The notes below the pieces were generated by a model, which worked only from the letters and a program-made list of their open reading frames with translations, had not been told where the DNA came from and searched no databases. Below are positions 12,257 through 25,114 of a stretch of DNA of 64,000 nucleotides, piece by piece. The stretch spans positions 3,858 through 67,857 of the forward strand of contig MCFE01000484.1 of the NCBI GenBank assembly GCA_002104905.1, given 5' to 3'. Both the position numbers and the translations under genes were made by a program. The DNA is from Basidiobolus meristosporus CBS 931.73. Taxonomy: Eukaryota; Fungi; Basidiobolomycota. Numbering within the stretch: the first letter of the stretch is position 1; each line of letters begins with the position of its first letter.

Positions 12257-12430
12257 GTATGGAACTGCCTTCTTCCCTGTAAATATCATCACCCATCCCA
12301 ACCCCAATATACATAAAACTGTACAATTAATAAATCGCTCGAGCTTTATTTGCTTAAGTTACGTAAGTTTATTGTATATATCGCCCTCGTCACGTAGATT
12401 AGCGTATTTACACACTTCTATTTACATTTT

Positions 12431-12906
12431 TCATGGCGCCGGCACTGGATTCGGTTTGGTTACTGGTCGTTGTACGAACACCCTGACTTGTCTCTCCATG
12501 TGGACCTTTGCCAGCTGGTAATCTCTCGAATACTCGGCATCGCCGTAAGCGCGTAGTGTGTAGTGGTCCTCAGGGCTGTCGGCGGGGAAAGCCCATTGAA
12601 AGTCGCCAGCCCCCTGGCTGATCAATTGGGTGATGTTTTGAAAAAGGCTCGACCCATTCTTACGCAAGATATCCAATGCCACGCTGGAGCTATGAAGAGA
12701 TCCCGAGATTTCTATTTCCAAGGAGATGTTAAAGGGCCGCCCGGCCACGATGACCGAGTAGGGCAGAGGCTTGGTTATCACGATTTGATCTACACATACG
12801 AAGTTAGATGGGCTCCCGCCAAAGAAGCTACCTGCAGGCTCGTACCTCCGGTTACCCCAGCAATCACCGAGATGTAGGTCAGCGCGAGAACTCTGAGCCG
12901 ATTCAT
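12431..12906 (-). CDS. Small secreted hypothetical protein (about 140 aa; possibly Kre9/Knh1-like beta-sandwich)
   Basis: MNRLRVLALTYISVIAGVTG signal-like exon; GT..CTAAC..AG intron 12790..12845 restores frame to DQIVITKPLPYSVIVAGRPFNISL. Confidence 0.65.
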
Positions 12907-14104
12907 TACGTTTAGGTTAGGGTAATCAGGTATTGGGACAATTTTAAGGTTAATAAACGTGGAATAAATCTCCGTGTCTGCCATAAACATGGAATCCCCG
13001 GCATTGTATGCCTTATACTATAACCATTGTCCCTGTACGTCTATTCAAAATTGTGTTTAAAATTTTCACGAATTTCATTGTCTAGATTATTGAAAAAGTT
13101 TGCTTATCTTGATTTCCACGACCCATGAGATATCTTCGGAGAAAAAAATCCTTTATCAGGGGACATGATTGGTGGTATCTCCCCATCACCCATGTCTAAG
13201 AATAGCATAAAATGGATGCACCCAGTGTTCTGTCTCTCACCTTCAGTACATTGGTCTGCATATTGCATATGGTAAGTGACATTTCCTCAGTTCGTTGGTT
13301 CCTTTCCTTATGATGGTGTAATTTGCGTTTGAAAGGCAACACTCCGCGGTGTCTTGCCGGACACCACATGCGGGTTTGCTCACATGAGACTACTTTTTTG
13401 CTGAAGATCAACCTACAATTCCAATCCAGAATTTTCTATCCGCAACCTAACACTAACCGACTTATTTCAGTCTGTAGGACGCATGCAGCGAAAGTCCCTC
13501 ATCTGTAAATATGAATGTAAGTACTGACTCCGACTTTCATACGAAGTCAAGCGTCCGTCCAGTGATTAAAAAAATTCGCTACCCTGAATTTCCATGTGGA
13601 TCTCTTATTTATCACCAAGATCTCTGAGGACAGACCTTGACTTCCCATTCTCTATCTTTCAATTCATTTCACTTACCCACTATTTCCTAGGATTGCCAGG
13701 GGTTGTTTGTAAATAAAATAAATGAAATTCAACCATATCACGTGTCCTTTCGCTTTTGTACTCTGTAATTTAACAAACAAATCCATATTGGGAATGAGGC
13801 GAATGGTGTAGACGCCAAGAGACGGGATTGTTTTGTGGTTTTGAGGCGATTTCATGCAAATCCCACGAACTCGGAGTTCTAAATATTTAAGCTATTCAAA
13901 CGTGATGGTGGACTGATGAGCAAGGGGAATGTAGGAGTGCTTGGGATGTATCAAATTAGTATGTAGGAGCGACATCCCACCGAGGGTATAAATAAATTGA
14001 CTTGCACGCCGGACCAAGGGATCTACATCCGACACATTGAATCAAACCGTCCTATAAATATATTTCTCTTCGCCAGTATCCCTAATCTTGTACATTGTTG
14101 AGCC

Positions 14105-15013
14105 ATGGCATTTCGCTCGTATGATGATGAACAGCTATTCTATTTCCCCTATGAGATTGGGAAGACAAAGCAGAACATGGATTCGGTGGTGTATTCAGGT
14201 GAATACTCCCCTCATCGTTGTGTTATATGAACATGATTTAATTGTGCCAACTTGTAGAACAATATTCCACCGAGGTTCCGGGATTCGCCTTTGATCCACT
14301 ATCTCTACCAGCGGAATTCTTCCCTGCGGATATGGGCTATTCCTCACTGCCAGAAGCCTCTCCAGAGTCATCCACCGTGTCCGAGACATTCATGTCCGAC
14401 TTCTCCGAATACACGCAAGAGATTTTGGACCAGCTGTCTACTGCTCCCACAAAAAGGAAGAGAAGCGAGCCTGAGGTTCTGAAAGAAACGCTGGAGGAGC
14501 TCTCGGGGAACGGCCCTTCCAGGTAAGCAGGATTGAAGATACCTGCTCCTCAACAGCACTAAAGCCCACTTTACCACAGCCCTAGCCCACCCGGGTCGCT
14601 ATCAAACGCCGAGATCAGACGGCAGATCCACATACAATCGGAGCAAAAGCGCAGAGCCCAAATCAAGGACGGCTTCGAGGAGTTGAAGTGCCACCTCCCA
14701 AACTGTAGCAACAAGAAGATCAGCAAAGCCGCCATACTTTACAAAAGTAAGTCTCAGGCGTGTGCTGATGGCGCTCCAGCTGCTTGCTAACCTTGCACCA
14801 CTCCACAGCCGTCCAGTATCTGCAGCACCTCAAGAACATCCAGATCGCTTTGATCGGCCAGCTTGAGCATATGGGGGCCGAGAACGAACGTCTTAAACAG
14901 TAAGTGGCTTGATGATCGGCACGGCGTCAGTTACTAAGTCTCTTCGGAACAGGTTTTGTGACGCAGCCCTTCAGAAGCAGAGCTTAGAAAAGGTCTACTC
15001 GATCGGACTCTGA
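14105..15013 (+). CDS. bHLH-leucine zipper transcription factor, Mlx/Max-like (5 exons)
   Basis: RQIHIQSEQKRRAQIKDGFEELKCHLP..KISKAAILYK..VQYLQHLK; canonical introns; exon 1/2 junction checked in phase (14198/14258). Confidence 0.88.
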
Positions 15014-15266
15014 ACCCCCCCCTTCAACCACAGCACCGGGTCGCTTCCCAAGCCCGCCTCATTCAACTCTGCATATACCACGTTGACCGCACGTCTACGT
15101 ACTTCCCATGAATATAACCTCATGTCCATCAGTACATAATCCATGTCGAGCCCATGCATTTTGGTACCTATAGACCGCATTTCATAAATAAACAACTCAT
15201 CCGATGAGGGGCAGGGGCTTTATTAATATATACATGAGATGCCTGGCCGGGGGATATACATTGGAG

Positions 15267-16485
15267 CTAGAGATCAGCAAGGCCTCTGGCAATCACCTCG
15301 TACGTCAATATGGTCAAAGCACTGGCCGGGATGGTGCGTAGCAGATTGGTGGGCATTCCTTTGTAGAAGGCCGACCACCCCTCCTCCAGGTAGATGGTCG
15401 TGATGGTGTGCCGAATTCCCGCATAGCGAAATGGCCGGGCGGTTTGGTTCTGAAGCCGGGTCCGGATGACCTCGTGCGGATACGTGGCGACGCTTGCGGC
15501 CATTTTGGAGGTGGCTGATGCAACGAGGATCGAGGAGGTGGGAAGATTGCCATCCTCTGGTTCTGGGAACCCGTTAGTTTGCTTGTTCGGCTCCAATGAG
15601 CATTGGGTAACACTTACTAAGGTAGATCTTCAGCTGCTCGTACAGAGGGAATTGAACGGCCACATGCAGCAGGCCAAAGAGACTGGGGACGAGTCCCTTG
15701 TAAAAACCATGGATCCCCTCCTCCACCCAGATGGTCTTGAATGCGTGGAGAGTGTTGTTGTAATGATACGACGTGGCCGAGGATTGGGTCTAGGGGTGCA
15801 GCAGAATGTAAGTTTGCGTTCGCACGGTTGATCATTGCTGGTACAGTACCATGAACCGAGTCTTAATCACCCACAACGGGTTGGTTGCCGTGGAGCTAAC
15901 GGCACCAGCCCCCATCGCAGAGATCATATGAACCAGGGGCTGACTGTCGCCGACTAGTGTAGAAGCAGATCAATTATTCGCAGTCCAAAGCAACAAAGGT
16001 GGCCTAGGCGGCTTACTTTTGAGAGGAAGCTCTTGCTTCAGATAGTCGTAGACGGTGAAATAAATCGCCCACGTCGGTAGATAGCCGAATATCGTGGGCC
16101 CGAGGCCTCGGTACCAACCGCGGAGTCCGTTCTCCGCCCATATTCTCTTCAGTGTACCTGGCAGCAGTTAAGGAGGCAAACATCAATACACTAGATTCCA
16201 AAGGTATTTAGAATTTTGGAATGTTCTACATATGCGTCAATACTCACTAAAGGTTCCTCGGTAATGGCCTGCGTCGTAGCGACCCTGGTTCTGCAACTTC
16301 GTCTTGACCACATCCAGCGGACAGGTCACAATCGAAGCGACGCAACCTGCCCCAGCGCCTGCTAGCGAGTTTCTAAGATTGTCCGAACGCCTGCAACAAG
16401 TACAAGAGCCGTTTAGCAATGCAACGTACCCACCTGGACTCGTGAATTACCTCAGCTTATCGCGAACATTCTCCAAAGGACCCAT
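15267..16485 (-). CDS. NDT1: Mitochondrial carrier, NAD+ transporter (Yia6/Ndt1-like), multi-exon
   Basis: Carrier signatures [11 protein letters not shown] and [11 protein letters not shown]; [25 protein letters not shown]; spliced start [12 protein letters not shown]. Confidence 0.8.
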
Positions 16486-16917
16486 TCAAAATAGATTTGC
16501 TAGTTGGTGAGCTAAAGAGAGAGTGGTTGACTGACGTGGAAAATTGGTCAGCAAACAATCTTGGTCACCAAGTTCCTGAGAAGAATCAGAATAAATGAGA
16601 ATCATGCTGCTGATATCACGGAGGTGGGGTGGATGATCGTAGCTTCAGGTAATCAACCAACTCTGTTGACCTTTTTGGGGGTCAGTTTCCATATTGGTGC
16701 ATCGATTAGCCCTCGCTGCTCGGCATATGATAGCTAACTATGCTAAACTACACACAATAGAGGCACCGAATGCACTAATTGCGCAAAGTGTAATCATTGA
16801 ACAGGGTGAAGATCTCAAATACTTTTATTCATGAATGATTAATAGCCTGAGATGGAGCGGATCATACTTAACTGTATGATAAGGAGAAAGCGTCTTGGCG
16901 GCAGATGGCCAGTTTGC

Positions 16918-17556
16918 TTAGTCTAGAGAGATGTTGCATCAGTACACATGACCCAATATCAAGTATCGTCTTTGGAGCACTTACTCTTCTTCTTGGAGAC
17001 ACCAACGGTTCTTCCTCTACGGCCGGTGGTCTTGGTATGTTGACCACGGACACGGAGACCCCAGTAGTGACGAAGACCACGATGGGCACGGATCTTCTTC
17101 ATACGCTCCAAATCCTCACGGAACTTGTTGTCGAGTCCATTGGCAAGAACTTGGGTGTATTTACCATCAACGATATCCTTTTGTCTGTTAAGGAACCACT
17201 TGGGGATCTTGTACTGAAGGGGGTTTTGGATGATGGTGACAATACGTTCCAATTCTTCGTTGGTGAGTTCACCGGCGCGCTTGGTGAGGTCGATATCGGC
17301 CTTCTTGCAAACCATGGTGGAGTAACGTCTACCAACACCCTTGATGGAGGTCAAGGCGAAGACGACCTTGGTTCTACCGTCAATGTTGGTATTGAGGAGA
17401 CGAAGAATATGCTGGAATTGGTTCTTATCGGGAACGACGAGAGACTAGCAATGGACAGCACGTTAGCTACGGTGAATATCATTTAGCCGACCACGATCCA
17501 TCCATCGGAGTGGTCTCGCGGGGGCCTGCTTCACTTGTTGATTGATTTCTTACCAT
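16918..17556 (-). CDS. RPS18: 40S ribosomal protein S18 (uS13); ATG-only first coding exon and 5-nt last exon
   Basis: [58 protein letters not shown]. Confidence 0.98.
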
Positions 17557-17948
17557 CTTGACCGTCTGCAACACCAAGTGGGAAAGGAGGGCTCAATTTG
17601 TTTAAGTCATCAGTTTTATTCAACCGTCAGGGCCATTCTTCTCCCCCGCTGATTGACCGCTACCCCGGGCTCGGGTCCAGATGTGGTTTTGGGAAATTTC
17701 TGGTTTAACAAAGCTGCTTAAACCCCTTGATTCTGGAAGGTTTGTTTGCCTCCGGTCATGTGATCCGGCCCGTGTTCCCTCCGCCAATCATAGGAGGAGG
17801 GGGAATTTTTTCGTTGAGAGTATAAGGAGAGTAGTTGGATTAGCAGGTCTTTCTCTTTCCCCCAACAAGGACAACAATAAAGGTCAGTGGATGAATTCAT
17901 CGACTCGCGCTGATAATGGATTGCTAACGGATGCTTTCTTCTGTGTAG

Positions 17949-18380
17949 ATGGCTGGTGGTATCACTGTAAAGGACGTCAACGCTCATGACTTCATTAAGG
18001 CCTACGCCGCTCACTTGAAGCGCAGTGGTAAGCTCGAGATCCCTAAGTGGGTCGATCTTGCCAAGACTGCCACCTACAAGGAATTGGGTCCCTACAACCA
18101 AGACTGGTTCTATGTTAGAGCTGCCTCCATTGCTCGTCACGTCTACCTCCACAAGAGCGTCGGTGTTGGTCACTTGAGACGTCTCCACGGTGGTCGCAAG
18201 AACCGTGGTACCAAGCCTTCTCACCACGCTGATGGCTCCGGCTCTGTTAACCGTAAGGCTCTCCAAGCTCTCGAGAAGCTCGGTATTGTCGAGCAAAACG
18301 CTACTGGCGGTCGTAGACTTACTGTTGATGGCCAACGTGATCTTGATCGTATTAGCTCCCAAGTCGCCAAGAGAGCTTAA
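17949..18380 (+). CDS. RPS19: 40S ribosomal protein S19 (eS19)
   Basis: [45 protein letters not shown]; ATG directly follows a TAG acceptor, implying a 5' UTR intron (probable donor 17626). Confidence 0.98.
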   Translation: MAGGITVKDVNAHDFIKAYAAHLKRSGKLEIPKWVDLAKTATYKELGPYNQDWFYVRAASIARHVYLHKSVGVGHLRRLHGGRKNRGTKPSHHADGSGSVNRKALQALEKLGIVEQNATGGRRLTVDGQRDLDRISSQVAKRA

Positions 18381-18609
18381 TTCACCTCTTAGATTAAGAA
18401 ACCCAACAATCGTTCTGACGAAATAAACAAAGCTTAAATTCATCTTTCAGTTGCTGTGTTTCATCCATCACTAGTGTATGCAGCGTATATGGGGTCCGGA
18501 TGCCACTGGATCGTCGTGAAGCAGTGGCCATCCAAATAAGCTCGATTTTCAAATTGATTTCCCAATCCTTGGTATAAGAGGTTGTGCTTATGCCGGTTGA
18601 ACCTTGAAC

Positions 18610-20640
18610 ATGAGTGGAGTACATACATCACCCTCCTTGAGGTGGTTTCAATTCCTCGACGGACAAGGCCTACGCTCCTTGGGTGTTTTTGCCATATTGG
18701 TATTTGCTTTCTATCTGCGATGGACTGTTGGCTTGAATCCCTATTCTGGTAAACCGTTTTCCTCCCCACTTCGCTACACTTGGATACTGATCACCGCGTT
18801 GCCGACTTCTTTCCACCCAACGCGCACTTCACAAAGGTTATAGCACGCCCCCTTTGTACGGCGATTACGAGGCTCAGCGACACTGGATGGAAATCACGCT
18901 TCATCTGCCCATCTCCCAATGGTATCGATACGATCTACAGTACTGGGGGCTGGACTACCCTCCGCTTACCGCATACGTAAGCTGGATATGCGGATACGTG
19001 TAAGTATTTTCTTCCCGTAACTGGCACTTACAGAGGTGTATACTCACGATTTCGCTTCCGTTAGAGGCCAGTATTTCAACCCCGAGTGGTTTCTGCTTGA
19101 TAGCTCACGTGGCTACGAGTCAGTTGAAAGCAAGCTGTACATGCGTGCCACGGTGATATTCTTCGAGTATTTGATATATATCCCGGCAATGGTGTTCTTT
19201 TATAAGCACTGGGCCAAGAATACCAACTGGAGCACCAAGGTAAGTCGAGTTCTAGTTGAGCCCATACAGCGGTGAGCATGGTCGTCATACTTGTCCAATA
19301 TCCAGAACGCCGCATTGTTGCTGGTGTTGTTGCAACCGGCTCTGATCCTGATCGACAACGGCCATTTTCAGTATCCTTTTTTACGTTTCGCATGGCCAAG
19401 AGCTTCTCAATTATGTGCGAATCCTTGACCCGAGAAATCAAGATACAACTCTATCATGCTCGGGCTCACTGCATGGGCTGTCGTTTGCTTCTTGTGCGAC
19501 CTGGATGTCATCGGAAGTGTTATGTTTTGCTTGGCCCTAAGTTTCAAACAGATGGCTCTCTACTATGCATTGCCAATCTTCGCATATCTGCTAGGAAAGT
19601 GTATCAAGAGAAGGACGGAGGGGTAACTAACTTGAGCGCACCTGATCTTGTGGCCAAATAGCTCATTCTGCTTCGACCATCAACCAGATTCTTCCTTCTG
19701 ATCAAGCTTGGGATTACCGTGGTGCTAACACTCGGCGTCTGTCTTGCCCCCTTTCTAACGTCGACGAGCGATCTACTCCAAGTGGCTCACCGTGTTTTCC
19801 CGGTCGCTAGAGGCCTTTACGAAGACAAAGTGGCTAATGTCTGGTGTGCCATTAGTATATTTGTTAAGCTTCGATCGTTGTTCAACCTCGAGAAGTTGGT
19901 TCAAATCAGGTACCCATACGTTCACAACAAGCACCCCTCTTTGTAATACGATGGCTAACGCTTTTCTAACGCAGCGCGTTGACTACGCTGTTGTGCTCGG
20001 CACCTTCGTTTGTCAACCTTTTGTTGAACCCCACCAAGAAGCGACTGATCTATTCCTTATGCGTCGTTTCCCTCTCATTTTTCTTGTTTTCATTCCAAGT
20101 TCACGAGAAGACCATCCTCTTGCCAATTCTACCTGTCAGTATGTTGATCCTCGAGGAGCCGGTGGCGGTCCCCTGGTTCATCAATGTTGCCACCTTTAGG
20201 TAAGAATCCCCAATATATAAGTGGGTAACCGTGATGATAAGCTCTAACCGTTGCTCGTATGTGTAGCATGTTCCCGCTACTTAAGCGCGATGGACTGATG
20301 ATTCCCTATTTCATCATGCTTTGCTTATGGAACTGGTTGGGAAACTTCCTGGAACGGCCGAAGAAGTACACTCTCGTTCTAAATCTGGTAAGGATCTGGC
20401 TACCTGCGCTCGAAGGGCCTCAGCGTATCTAATCATTTTCGAACCTGTATTTAGCTAAGTTATGTGACGATGGTGGCCATCCATGCATTGGAATTTCTGG
20501 TCGTTCCTCCCGCCAAATACCCCGACATCTTTACAATGCTGAATGTCATCTTTTCCTGCGGGATGTTCACTCTATTCTTTGTGTATTTCAACTACAGACA
20601 GCTCACGACATCCACGAAGTCCAAGAAGAAAACCCAGTAG
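18610..20640 (+). CDS. ALG6: Dolichyl-P-Glc:Man9GlcNAc2-PP-Dol alpha-1,3-glucosyltransferase (multi-exon)
   Basis: [53 protein letters not shown]; C-terminal KKTQ ER-retrieval motif. Confidence 0.95.
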
Positions 20641-21409
20641 GCTACATGTACCTGCATCCTGGGAGTTGGACTGTAGCAATGGATACGGGCCTCATTTCAG
20701 CAGGAATAAACCAGTCATACCATCCATCCCTTGATTTCATGTAGATCTCCAAGACTCGTATCCTCTTCTACCTTGCTGGAATGAGAAACAGGCACCACTG
20801 GGCGCCTGAGACTAGGTTCTCAGTAATCATTCAGCGCGATTGACAATACATGTGCGAGTGCCAATGCAGGTGATGTCCATTATTGGGTACGATCTTCCGC
20901 GCGAATATCCAATCAGACGTTCCTGTCAAAGGTCGTTGAAATCGCATTAGGCAATTTGTGGGATCGAACAGTCTGGCTTGATGAACATACACACCAATTT
21001 ATAGTGGAGAATTAGATTACAACCAGATCTTGCCTGAAGCATTCGGATATACTTGGCATATGTTGTAATACATGCTTTCATGATTGGCCACGCTTGCCAA
21101 TCGTGAAATATGGATATCATCGACTGACCAACCCTCAAGAAGTCCATGGTTTCTCCTCTATCGTAATGTCGGTTCGATTTGTTGGCATATAGCCTAAGCC
21201 TCACTCTGCAGAAACTTCATATAAAACCACGTATAAAAAAGCAGTCAATGCTTAAACAATTGATCGTTATTTCAAGGGCAGGTGTGTTTCAATCGACGTT
21301 ATATCCTTTCTTGTGCCTTGTACCTTTATCACTCCGAGAAGCCCCTTTGGTGAGAATACAAGCAGCATAGTCCATTTCCATTCCTTACATTTGTGACTTG
21401 AGGCTGAGT

Positions 21410-23637
21410 ATGGATACCAGATTAACGAAATACATCAATGACCCTATTCACGTAAGTCGACCCCCCCCACACTCTGGTCTATCTGTCTCGACCTAACAGC
21501 CTTACTGCTTCTTCTCAACACCATAACCAAAGGGGTATATAAATATCGACGAACATTGCTTGGACATAATTGATACCGAGCAATTCCAACGTTTACGCGA
21601 CCTCAAACAACTTGGTCCGGCATATTTCGTTTTTCCAGGCGCTAGCCACAATCGTTTCGAACATTCCATAGGTACTGTTGTTCCGCAAGTGTGTTATTCA
21701 GGCAACATTCCGCTCGTTGCTAACTCTCTCTACACGAAGGCGTCTCCCACCTTGCGGGAACTCTGATTGAGCGGCTCAAAGCTAGCCAGCCTGAATTAGA
21801 AATCGACGAGCAGGACATCAAATGCGTAAAGCTAGCAGGGCTGTGCCATGATCTAGGTAGGTGTGTACTTAGCTCCGCGGGTTGGGACAGATATTCAACA
21901 CACTCCATTCCGCAGGACATGGCCCTTTCAGCCATATATTTGACAACGAGTTTATCCCGCGATCCAGGCAAGTCGGCGGTTTCGGATGAAGAATCCTTCG
22001 CACAGTTCTGCAAACAGAAAATCCAACCAACCAACCTTTTGTTTAGGCCTGATATCGTCTGGTCTCACGAGCAAGCCTCTGAGATGATGCTGGAGAACTT
22101 GATCGAAGAGAATTACATCGATATCGATAAACAAGAGATCGACTTCATCAAAGATCTTATCATTGGAGAGTCAAGATCAACCAGGTAATAAGTCATAATT
22201 GTATGGTGCTCTGGTCGACCGGGCGTGCTAACGGATTGACGAACCCATCACAAGCCAGCAACATGAGAAACGGTTTCTCTTTGACATTGTCGCCAACAAA
22301 AGAAACTCGGTTGATGTCGACAAATTTGACTACATCGAGCGTGATTGCTACAACCTTGGCATCAAGAGCAGTTACGACTCATCAAGGTGCGTAACAGATT
22401 GATCATGGACCTCCCCTTTCTCCATGAGCTAGACTAATGTTTTTCAGGCTGATGACATTCAGTAGAGTGATTGACAATCAGATTTGCTTCCACCATAAGG
22501 AGGTATACAATATGTACGAAATGTTCCATACTCGCTACAGCCTGTTTAAAAGAATATATACTCATCGTGTGGGTAATGATGCATCAAATGGACTCTCGTT
22601 AATTCGATCCATACTAACCAATTCCCCACCGTCCAAAGGCAAATCAATCGAATACATGATCATCGATGCCATGCTTGCCGCTGACCCATACCTCAACATC
22701 TCGAAGGCGATCGAAAGTCCGCAGGATTACTTGCATCTCACAGATGACATCCTGAAGCAAATAGAAAGATCAAAGTCAGAGGTAAAGCATTGGGTGTACC
22801 AGGCGTACTTGGTCTTGCTACGTCTATTCATGATTAACCGTGTCTGTAGGAGCTGCTGCCAGCAAGACAAATTATTAAGCGTATTCGACAGCGCCAGCTG
22901 TACAAATTTGTAGATGAGTTCATAATTCCAAGCGAACTTAAGCAGTACCTGACCAAAGTAAGCCGTCTCTTTTTGTGTTAACTGGCTCATCGTCTGACTG
23001 CCTTTTATCTGGGAACAGTCAATGGTTAATGAGGAGCAGATCGTTGCTCAGCAGAAGACCGGAGACAATATCAAGCTTGAGGATGTCATCGTGGAGTGGC
23101 TGTCCATCAATTATGGTAAAAGGAGTCAAAATCCTGTAGATTCTATCAAATTCTTCTCCAGGTTCAATGGAGATGGTAACGAACTTCTCAGCCCATTCAT
23201 TGTTGGGCACACCTAGTATTAACGCCCATTGCATCTTCAGAAGCGTTCTCCGTCCCAAAGACCAAGGTCAGCTATCTGGTTCCTGAGCATTTCGAAGAGA
23301 TTGTTATTCGGGTATTTGCAAGAGACGTTACCAAGGTAGCTACCTAACCTGTGTACTTGTTGGTCCCCTATTCTGATCTAGTACTCGTTCCTAGATACAA
23401 CAAATCCAACTGGCTTTCCGGAGACTCTTGAAACAATTCAAGGGACGAATTCCAGAATCTCCCGACATCAACCTTGAGCCCAACTACGCACATACCTATC
23501 CCAACAACTTCAAAAGCCCCTCCAAAAGGCGATATGAACAACCGGATTCTTTAAATTCTAGCCCCACCAGAGTATTCAGCAATCCTGAGACCCCGTGCAA
23601 GAATGGCAAGATCAGGCTGGAGTTTTCCAGTATTTAA
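21410..23637 (+). CDS. SAMHD1: SAMHD1-like HD-domain dNTP triphosphohydrolase (no SAM domain; multi-exon)
   Basis: [68 protein letters not shown]. Confidence 0.92.
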
Positions 23638-24153
23638 CCTATCGGCCACTTGATTTCTAGATACGCTACTTCTTCGCTTCTGACCAAGCCCCGTAAACCC
23701 GATATCCCCGGAAAGCTTTGTGAGCCGAGCATTGTATAGAAGCTAGGATATCCAACCCTATATGTGCACCAAGATCACTTCCTAAATAAACACATTGCAT
23801 GCTGTGCATTCGTTTAAACACAGATGCCCTTCAGTTAAGCGTGATTAAAAACCCTTGACCCTTAAGCGCCCGAAAATCGAGGGATGGAAATTGGGGAAAA
23901 CTGGGCCTTTAATGTTGATTTGATGGCGAAAATTTCTTTCGCATTATGACCCTCGGGAAGATTGATATTTCATTCCAACACTTCCAGTCCAAAAGGAATA
24001 GCGTTCTGTACTGAAAGGTAGGAATCCCCACCCCGCAAACCACGAAGGTGTTCACCCCCGGCTGAAGACCTCCGTCTCTGTCTACCGTGTAGCGTAGATA
24101 CCCTCCCACCTAACGAGCAGCCCACTAAACCTTTCCCAATTGTAACATCTAGC

Positions 24154-24532
24154 ATGGTCGTTCGTATTCGTCTCACCCGTCTTGGTCGTAAAAACCTTCC
24201 CTTCTACCACTTAGTGGTCGCCAACGCAAGATCCCCACGCGACCGTAGACACTTGGAACATATCGGTACATATAACCCACTTCCTGACAACGAGGGCGTC
24301 AAGCACGTTAGCATGAACATGGAGCGAGTGAAATATTGGCTATCGGTTGGTGCCCAGCCCTCCGACCCGGTCCAAAAGCTCCTTTCCAAGGTAAAGTAAC
24401 TCTACCAGTCTCACACGAAGCTCGCAGAAACTCACCACTGTCCTGCCCTCCCCTCTGTAGGCCGGAATCATTCCCAGCAAGCCCAAGCCCACCCCCAAGA
24501 ACTCCGGTACTTCCGGTAAAGTTCAACGCTAG
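24154..24532 (+). CDS. MRPS16: Mitochondrial ribosomal protein bS16m
   Basis: MVVRIRLTRLGRKNLPFYHLVVANARSPRD..IGTYNP..YWLSVGAQPS; intron 24391..24460. Confidence 0.95.
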
Positions 24533-25102
24533 ATTTGGAGAAGGTTCGTCGCCTCACCTCCACCTCCCCTTCCCCTTGACGAGCGAGTGGCGTCCCCCCT
24601 TTTCACCCTCACCGACCATACATCCCATTGCATCTTTCTTCATAACTTCCCATGTCTTTGGTACCTTCGATTTGATCATTAAAACACTCTTGTTATGATG
24701 TATTCCAGAACTGGACTGGTTGTCGTTGGTGGAGCGAATGCCAGGCAGCACGGTTTACCTGGCTGTTGCCAGGAAAGCGAAGCGAAGGAAGGGAATTGGA
24801 ATGGAATGGAATGGAATAGAGAACAAGGGAGGGATTTTGCGGCTGGAGATGTACGATGTGTTCCGGATCGGGGAATGGGCCAACCCACCTCTCCGTCCCA
24901 CGCCGGATCCATTTTCAGATGGTAACACTGTTGGTCGGTTTCATATCGTGCCATTGGGTTTCTCTTCCGCCTGCTCTTCCTGGATGCTATCTCCGCTGAG
25001 GTCGTCTTACCTCCGTCCCAAGCCCCAAGATATTGATCAATTCATCTCCCATCCGGACGGCCAATCTTAACTCGCTTTCATTTCCCCACAGTGTGGTCGG
25101 TA

Positions 25103-25114
25103 GGTCACGTGACC
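25103..25114. promoter_or_regulatory. Perfect 12-bp palindromic extended E-box GGTCACGTGACC
   Basis: Sequence seen about 320 bp upstream of the truncated globin ATG; function not shown. Confidence 0.35.

Noticed and set aside
11344-12307. Overlapping ORFs 11344..11892 (+) and 11519..12307 (-)
   Set aside because: Alternate-frame and antisense shadows of the GC3-rich GPCR-like gene
16905-18443. Long antisense ORFs 16905..17486 and 17718..18443
   Set aside because: Shadows of the strongly codon-biased RPS18 and RPS19
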